From the IMG/VR virus record IMGVR_UViG_3300046812_000144: 20,000 nt of DNA; one strand, 5' to 3'. This stretch comes from an uncultured virus (IMG/VR IMGVR_UViG_3300046812_000144) (Duplodnaviria; Heunggongvirae; Uroviricota; Caudoviricetes). The notes under the pieces were generated by a model. The model was not told the origin of the DNA, searched no databases, and worked only from the letters and a program-made list of their open reading frames with translations. Shown piece by piece: positions 15,181-20,000 of the stretch (positions are counted from its first letter, which is position 1; the number at the start of each line of letters is the position of its first letter). Position numbers and translations under genes: made by a program.

Positions 15181-15249
15181 CCAATCGCGCACCACGCGCG
15201 GGAGGTGGGGGGCGCGCATCCTAGAACGCGCAGTGACCTTGGAGGCAAC

Positions 15250-16023
15250 ATGAAACTCTTCCTTGTCGGTGGCACCGTCCGTGACCACCTGTTCGGGCTG
15301 CCGCAGGGGAACGATGTCGACTTCGCTGTCGAGGCCGAGTCGTTCGCTGAGATGGAGACGGTGCTCGTCGCACGCGGCCTGCGCGTCTGGCAGTCGCGGC
15401 CCGAGTTCGTCACGCTCCGAGGGCAGATGCCGCTCTCGGCGCTCGGCACCTTCGGGGGCCTGCTCGGGTTGCGTGGGGGCAAGCACGGCAAGGCGTCTTT
15501 CAATCCCGAGCACGTTGTAGTCGATGCCGACTTCACCCTCTGCCGTGCCGAAACTCAGTACAGCGATGGTCGGCACCCGGACAAGGTGACGCCTGCTGAC
15601 CTGCTCACAGACCTCGCGCGCCGTGACTTCACGGTGAACGCTGTCGCCGTCAGCGAGGACGGTCAGTGGGTCGATCCGTTCCGTGGTCGGCGTGATGCCG
15701 AGTACAAGGTTCTCAGGTGTGTGGGTTCCGCGCTCCACCGTTTCGAGGAGGACCCACTGCGCCTGCTCCGTGCTCTCCGCTTCGCTGTCAAACTCGACCT
15801 GATGCTGGATGTCTGGCTCAGTCGAGCCCTCGACGACATGGCCGTCGTCAACCGCCTTGCCACGCTGCCGGTCGAGCGTGTCAGGGAGGAGCTTGGCAAG
15901 TCGTTCGCACACAACTGGCTCGCAACCGCTCTCGCGCTCGCGACCGACTTCACCACCGTCGGCCACGCTGTGCAAGAGCACTTCCCCACACTGTGGCTGA
16001 AGGCCACGACAGAGGAGAGATAA
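15250..16023 (+). CDS. cca: Class II tRNA nucleotidyltransferase (CCA-adding/poly(A) polymerase family), short form
   Basis: Motif A VGGTVRD...DVD, motif B DLARRDFTVNA, motif C DPFRG..D, motif D FEEDPLRLLRALRF and motif E ERVREEL. RBS is GGAGG. Confidence 0.9.
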   Translation: MKLFLVGGTVRDHLFGLPQGNDVDFAVEAESFAEMETVLVARGLRVWQSRPEFVTLRGQMPLSALGTFGGLLGLRGGKHGKASFNPEHVVVDADFTLCRAETQYSDGRHPDKVTPADLLTDLARRDFTVNAVAVSEDGQWVDPFRGRRDAEYKVLRCVGSALHRFEEDPLRLLRALRFAVKLDLMLDVWLSRALDDMAVVNRLATLPVERVREELGKSFAHNWLATALALATDFTTVGHAVQEHFPTLWLKATTEER

Positions 16024-16024
16024 C

Positions 16025-16408
16025 ATGAAGTTCGACATCAGCAACATCGGCGACTACGACATCATGAGCGCACTTCGTGGGCCGGATGCCTCCACGAGTG
16101 CAGCGACACACGCGAAGCACTTGACGACCTCGGTGCTTCGCAACCTCGCTGGCATGGAACGCAATGACAGGTGCGTCATCTTCACGCCGGACGAGGCGGC
16201 CCGCGAGTGGGAGATGGCACCCCTCCATGAGAAGCTCGCGGTGCTCGACTTCATGAACAGCAACTACCACTTCGAGTCCCACTTCCGCCGGGCGCTGAAC
16301 GTGATGGCAACGCGCGGTGTTCCCGGTGTGGCGGCGTACAAGAAGTGGTACTTCGACAATATCGACGGCCCTGCGCGCGTGCGCGCGGCGCTGCCGGTGA
16401 GCGTGTGA
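16025..16408 (+). CDS. Hypothetical protein (127 aa)
   Basis: RBS is GAGGAG; starts 1 nt after the upstream stop. Confidence 0.75.
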   Translation: MKFDISNIGDYDIMSALRGPDASTSAATHAKHLTTSVLRNLAGMERNDRCVIFTPDEAAREWEMAPLHEKLAVLDFMNSNYHFESHFRRALNVMATRGVPGVAAYKKWYFDNIDGPARVRAALPVSV

Positions 16409-16611
16409 TGCACCTCCACCTGCTCCCGTCCCAGTGGCTGATCGCTGGCATCGGTGTCCTGATGCTCATCATCATCGAGGGTGCCGTCATCGGTGGCATC
16501 CGAGACTTCTGGCGTTGGAAGTCCTACGGCATGGCGTGGATCGGGGTCATGTTCCTGTTCATCGTCCCTGCCCTCGCAACCGCGCTCGTGCTGAATGCCT
16601 GCGGCCACTAA
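16408..16611 (+). CDS. Small membrane protein with two hydrophobic segments
   Basis: TGATG overlap. Hydrophobic segments WLIAGIGVLMLIII and WIGVMFLFIVPALATALVL. Confidence 0.7.
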   Translation: MHLHLLPSQWLIAGIGVLMLIIIEGAVIGGIRDFWRWKSYGMAWIGVMFLFIVPALATALVLNACGH

Positions 16612-16804
16612 GCGCACCCTGACCGTCATGTTCCGCCAGACGCCGGCCGGCCTGCTCGGGTCCGGCGTCGTGGAGGACGACGACCTGTTCCGCAACACGC
16701 TCTTCGCATCACTCGACGAGGCGCTCCGCTACATGCAGAGCCGCTACCAGACCGCCTACAAGGTCATCCTGAACATCCCCTCCAACGTCAAGAGGAACAC
16801 ATGA
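16595..16804 (+). CDS. Hypothetical protein (~69 aa)
   Basis: Fills the gap between neighbours with GC3-rich codons; the start is uncertain. Confidence 0.6.
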   Translation: MPAATKRTLTVMFRQTPAGLLGSGVVEDDDLFRNTLFASLDEALRYMQSRYQTAYKVILNIPSNVKRNT

Positions 16805-17097
16805 AGATCGAAGTCCGCTTCCGCGACTACGTCAGCAGCGAGTACCCCCGTGTCACCGCGTACGAAGTCCGCTTGAAGGGCAGGCGCACATGGGAGTACA
16901 TCACCATCCACGTCAGTCGTGTCCTCCGTGAGCACTTCGGCTCGCTCACCGACAAGTGGGTGCGCGTGAGTACGACCAAGGAGAAGGGAGCATTCAAGCT
17001 CCCGACCGACGCACGCCGAAGCCTTTGTGAGCGTGGTGTGAAAGACTTCTTCGGCCGTATCCCGACGGGTGGCCTGTACTTCACGGTCATCAAGTGA
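16801..17097 (+). CDS. Basic hypothetical protein (98 aa)
   Basis: ATGA overlap; RBS is GAGGA. Confidence 0.75.
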   Translation: MKIEVRFRDYVSSEYPRVTAYEVRLKGRRTWEYITIHVSRVLREHFGSLTDKWVRVSTTKEKGAFKLPTDARRSLCERGVKDFFGRIPTGGLYFTVIK

Positions 17098-17300
17098 AGA
17101 CGACCGTCCTCACCTCGCTCGTGCAGGCGCAGAACTCGGCGGCTGCCATGGACGAGATCGACCACGCCATCGTTGCCCTCCGCCGGGCGCAGGTCTACCT
17201 CGAATCGGCCGGCCGATTCCCAGACGCAACGAGGGCGGCCGAACGGGCGTTGAAGCTGGTCGACTTCAAGTTGGCGCTCCAGCGTCGGTACGCATCATGA
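17094..17300 (+). CDS. Hypothetical helical protein (68 aa)
   Basis: GTGA overlap at the start and ATGA overlap at the end. Confidence 0.65.
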   Translation: MKTTVLTSLVQAQNSAAAMDEIDHAIVALRRAQVYLESAGRFPDATRAAERALKLVDFKLALQRRYAS

Positions 17301-17509
17301 GCCGCATCCTCGCGAAGGGCGAGGTCGAGCACAAGATCAGGCTCGACTACATCCTCCCGGCCAACTGGGAGGAGGCGAACAACAAGTTCGGTGGTGGCTA
17401 CATCACGATCACCGAGGTCGCCAAGGTCGCAGTCGACAAGTACATCTCGAACGTGATGGCGATGCAGAAGGCCATCGAGGAGATCCGCCGTGGCACGCAA
17501 ACACCGTAA
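17297..17509 (+). CDS. Hypothetical protein (70 aa)
   Basis: ATGA overlap; begins MSRILAKGEVEHKIRLDY. Confidence 0.7.
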   Translation: MSRILAKGEVEHKIRLDYILPANWEEANNKFGGGYITITEVAKVAVDKYISNVMAMQKAIEEIRRGTQTP

Positions 17510-17729
17510 GGCAGGCATCGTCAAGCAGGGCATCGCGAGTGAGATCGTGAAGCCCGAGAAGCGGACGACCGAGCGCAAGGTCATCCAGAACGCGACGACC
17601 GGTGAGTTCGAGGTCGTGCATGTCGAGACTGTCACGCCGGCCGTCGTCAAACAGGGCAAGGCGTACGGCAGCACGCTCAAGGGCCGAGGGAAGCCCAACA
17701 CGCCGCCAGCGACTGGAGGCAAGAAGTGA
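17490..17729 (+). CDS. Basic hypothetical protein (79 aa)
   Basis: GTG start follows GAGGAG; K-rich. Confidence 0.7.
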   Translation: MARKHRKAGIVKQGIASEIVKPEKRTTERKVIQNATTGEFEVVHVETVTPAVVKQGKAYGSTLKGRGKPNTPPATGGKK

Positions 17730-18076
17730 GTCCCACGAAACTCGCAGAACTCGTCCCACACAAGTTCCTCGACGGGCCGCTGGCCGGCCGTACGATCGAC
17801 CTGCCCCGTGGCACCGAGACGTTCCTCATCGGGCCCCGGTGCTCGCCGCTCTTCACGTACGAGTACGCCGGCAAGGACGGCATCACCGTCCTGCTCGCGA
17901 AGCGTGGCCGCAGCCGGCAGCTTCGCCGGCTCGTGCTCGACTACATCGGCAAGAAGGGCAAGCACCCGGCGCTCGTCGCCCTCGGTTGGCGGCGTCATCC
18001 GACCGTCGGCAAGACGGTCAAGACAGGCAAGGGCGCTGCTGCCCGTGCCGCGAAGAAGGCGGTCCCAAGTGCATAA
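17726..18076 (+). CDS. Basic hypothetical protein (116 aa)
   Basis: GTGA overlap; RBS is GGAGG. Contains FLDGPLAG. Confidence 0.7.
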   Translation: MSPTKLAELVPHKFLDGPLAGRTIDLPRGTETFLIGPRCSPLFTYEYAGKDGITVLLAKRGRSRQLRRLVLDYIGKKGKHPALVALGWRRHPTVGKTVKTGKGAAARAAKKAVPSA

Positions 18077-18245
18077 GGTGCTCTGGCTGATCCGCTGGCC
18101 ATTTGTTCTCGTGGTCGCGCTCGTCGCGTTCCCGTTCGCCCTCGTTGCGAGCGTCGCGGCGTGTGACCCCAACACACTCATGCAGTGGTGGGACGATGGT
18201 GAGCACGGCGTCCGGCCGTGGCTCTTCGACTGGACCCGTGTCTGA
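18069..18245 (+). CDS. Small membrane protein (58 aa)
   Basis: GTG start with an 8-nt overlap. Hydrophobic segment WPFVLVVALVAFPFALVASV. Confidence 0.6.
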   Translation: MHKVLWLIRWPFVLVVALVAFPFALVASVAACDPNTLMQWWDDGEHGVRPWLFDWTRV

Positions 18246-18495
18246 GATCCAGATCATCGCGATCCAGAACCCGGCCGGCCGCAAGCACGAACACGTTCGC
18301 GTCTTCGGCTACCGGCTGACTGACACCCTGCGTCGTGTCGTCGAGGTTGCCGTGACGATGGCTGACGCGGCCGACCTGATCGCGGATGCCGCTGCCCTGA
18401 AGGAGTTTCCCACCATCGAGGTCGACGACAAGCACGTCGTTGGCTGCCTCAACACAGGAGACATCGAGATGATCCACATGAAGGAACAGCCGTGA
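18238..18495 (+). CDS. Hypothetical protein (85 aa)
   Basis: GTG start with an 8-nt overlap; begins VSEIQIIAIQNPAG. Confidence 0.65.
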   Translation: MSEIQIIAIQNPAGRKHEHVRVFGYRLTDTLRRVVEVAVTMADAADLIADAAALKEFPTIEVDDKHVVGCLNTGDIEMIHMKEQP

Positions 18496-18911
18496 AGAAG
18501 CCATCCATGACGGCAGCATCCCGGCGGCTCTTTGCGGAGGCCCGCGCCCGCGAGCGGCACGAGTTCGGCATCCCGACGCCGAAGAAGCCAACCGTGGGTG
18601 AGCAGGATCGGCTCATGGGCAACGAAGAAGACGATCACGAATACGCATTCGTCATGCAGCCGGAGATCGAAACACAACTGACACAGCCGGGGTCATCCCT
18701 GACGGGCAACTCCATCCTCTGGGAGCTATTCGACGACCGTATGAACGGGAAGATCGCGCCCTTCAAGCCGGGTCCCATCGGTGCCTACAAGCGCCGGCCG
18801 GTGCCCAAGCCCTTCACCCTCAGCAACTGGCCGGAACTGGAGCGCAAGGCGATGCTGGAACTCCGGGCCAAGAACGATGCCGCACTCACTGCACTGGAGG
18901 GAAGCCTGTGA
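18492..18911 (+). CDS. Hypothetical protein (139 aa)
   Basis: GTGA overlap; RBS is AAGGA. Confidence 0.7.
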   Translation: MKKPSMTAASRRLFAEARARERHEFGIPTPKKPTVGEQDRLMGNEEDDHEYAFVMQPEIETQLTQPGSSLTGNSILWELFDDRMNGKIAPFKPGPIGAYKRRPVPKPFTLSNWPELERKAMLELRAKNDAALTALEGSL

Positions 18912-19444
18912 CATCCTACGAAGAACGCCGTGAACTGATGCACATGGCCGAGGCCGTGCGTGAGGAACTGCGCTCGGTCACGAAGCGTGTCCACCTGCTC
19001 ATCAACAAGATCATCGGCGAGGGTGACGCGCTCATGCTGGCGGCAGCCGACGAGCGGTCGGCCGGCATGGAGACGACCGTGAAGGCCGTCAAGTACAACG
19101 GCATCGGCAAGGTGACCGAGGTGGTCGAGAAGACCCTCGGTGTGTCGCTGCCCTCGCTCGGAGGGAAGACACGGATGGCGAATGTCGTGCCGGGGACTCC
19201 GCCATACATCTCGGCCCCGACGCCTGCCCCGGCCGGCAAGCGTGCGTGCAGTGCCTGCCACTCGCTGGAGCCGTACCCGCACCGGGCGAAGAACTGCCCC
19301 AACGCGCACCTGCTCCAGCAGCAGAAGAAGGCCGAGGTCGCGGCCCGTCCTATCAAGAAGCTCCGCGAGCCGATGTCGGCAGAGCGGCGTGCGAAGGCGG
19401 TCGAGTCGCTCAAGAAGGCCCGTGCAGCAAGGAAGCCGAAGTGA
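18908..19444 (+). CDS. Hypothetical protein with a zinc-knuckle-like CCHC motif and basic tail
   Basis: GTGA overlap; RBS is GGAGGG. Contains CSACHSLEPYPHRAKNC and ends REPMSAERRAKAVESLKKARAARKPK. Confidence 0.75.
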   Translation: MTSYEERRELMHMAEAVREELRSVTKRVHLLINKIIGEGDALMLAAADERSAGMETTVKAVKYNGIGKVTEVVEKTLGVSLPSLGGKTRMANVVPGTPPYISAPTPAPAGKRACSACHSLEPYPHRAKNCPNAHLLQQQKKAEVAARPIKKLREPMSAERRAKAVESLKKARAARKPK

Positions 19445-19527
19445 CGCTGGTCGGGATCGTACTGCTCCTGCTGTATCTCCTTCATCAGCCGGCGAAGCAC
19501 CGCCGGCACAAGTGGTGGGACGAATGA
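19441..19527 (+). CDS. Small single-pass membrane protein (28 aa)
   Basis: Overlaps neighbours at both ends (GTGA, ATGA). Sequence VTLVGIVLLLLYLLHQPAKHRRHKWWDE. Confidence 0.55.
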   Translation: MTLVGIVLLLLYLLHQPAKHRRHKWWDE

Positions 19528-19781
19528 CGCTACCCGAGAAGTTCATCGAACAGATCAACAAGGCCATCGACGACTACGACAACGGCAAGCTGACTCGCGC
19601 CGGCCTGTCGGTCACCGTCCGTGAGGTCATCGAGAAGTCAGCCAACGAGGCGTACGAAGCCGGCCACTCCGAAGGTTGGGACGATGGCTACGCGGACGCC
19701 GAGAACGAGATCGACCCCGACGACGAGATCGAACTCGACATCGACCTCGACAACATCGAAGACGACGAGGAGGACGCATGA
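19524..19781 (+). CDS. Hypothetical protein with a GxxxG repeat and very acidic C-terminus (85 aa)
   Basis: ATGA overlap. Contains AYEAGHSEGWDDGY and ends EIDPDDEIELDIDLDNIEDDEEDA. Confidence 0.7.
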   Translation: MTLPEKFIEQINKAIDDYDNGKLTRAGLSVTVREVIEKSANEAYEAGHSEGWDDGYADAENEIDPDDEIELDIDLDNIEDDEEDA

Positions 19782-19843
19782 GACTCACCCCGCATGAGAT
19801 CGTGTCCATCATCCTCGCATTCCTGAAAGGGCTCACCCAGTGA
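19778..19843 (+). CDS. Possible 21-aa hydrophobic peptide
   Basis: ATGA and GTGA overlaps; RBS is GAGGAGG. Sequence MRLTPHEIVSIILAFLKGLTQ. Confidence 0.5.
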   Translation: MRLTPHEIVSIILAFLKGLTQ

Positions 19844-20000
19844 CCCAGAACCAGTTCGACATGGCGTTGCTCGACATCATCGAAGACACGCCCCGTGGTA
19901 AGAAGGTCGACATGCACGCGGCCATGCACACGCTTCAGGACAAGGGGCTCCCGCGTGAGCCCGGCCTGTGGACATCTCGGCTCGACGCCTTCACACTCGG
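19840..20000 (+). CDS. Hypothetical protein (partial)
   Basis: GTG start follows AAAGGG; the frame is open to the window edge. Confidence 0.55.
   Translation, partial: MTQNQFDMALLDIIEDTPRGKKVDMHAAMHTLQDKGLPREPGLWTSRLDAFTL

Noticed and set aside
13909..16047. 712-aa minus-strand ORF
   Set aside because: It is antisense to the DUF932 and cca genes, which carry clear family motifs and RBSs.
1..20000. Stop-codon reassignment
   Set aside because: Genes are intact under code 11, and TAG, TAA and TGA all end genes at tight junctions.

Overview
This window is about 20 kb of a GC-rich tailed dsDNA phage (Caudoviricetes) genome with two divergent gene arms. The minus-strand arm (1-9611) is a packaging/head module. 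In transcription order it encodes an HTH protein (possible TerS), an HEXXH protein, a family-2 glycosyltransferase, the large terminase, a protein built of three tandem tail-collar/His-x-His modules, a DEDD/RNase H-like exonuclease and a ~650-aa portal. The plus-strand arm (11072-20000) is a translationally coupled run of about 30 small early-type genes, including a DUF932 protein and a tRNA nucleotidyltransferase (CCA-adding family). The most unusual part is the ~1.45-kb gap between the arms (9612-11071). It carries five sigma-54 (-24/-12) boxes, four of them packed as two head-to-head pairs in a 40-bp tandem repeat. It also has IHF-like sites, two TGT-N10-ACA activator-like sites, and a long hairpin-rich segment downstream of the rightward sigma-54 box that may be a structured RNA. 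GATC is common on both flanks but absent from 9417-15137, suggesting this is the first-entering DNA and encodes an anti-restriction function. All calls come from reading motifs by eye; no database searches were run.
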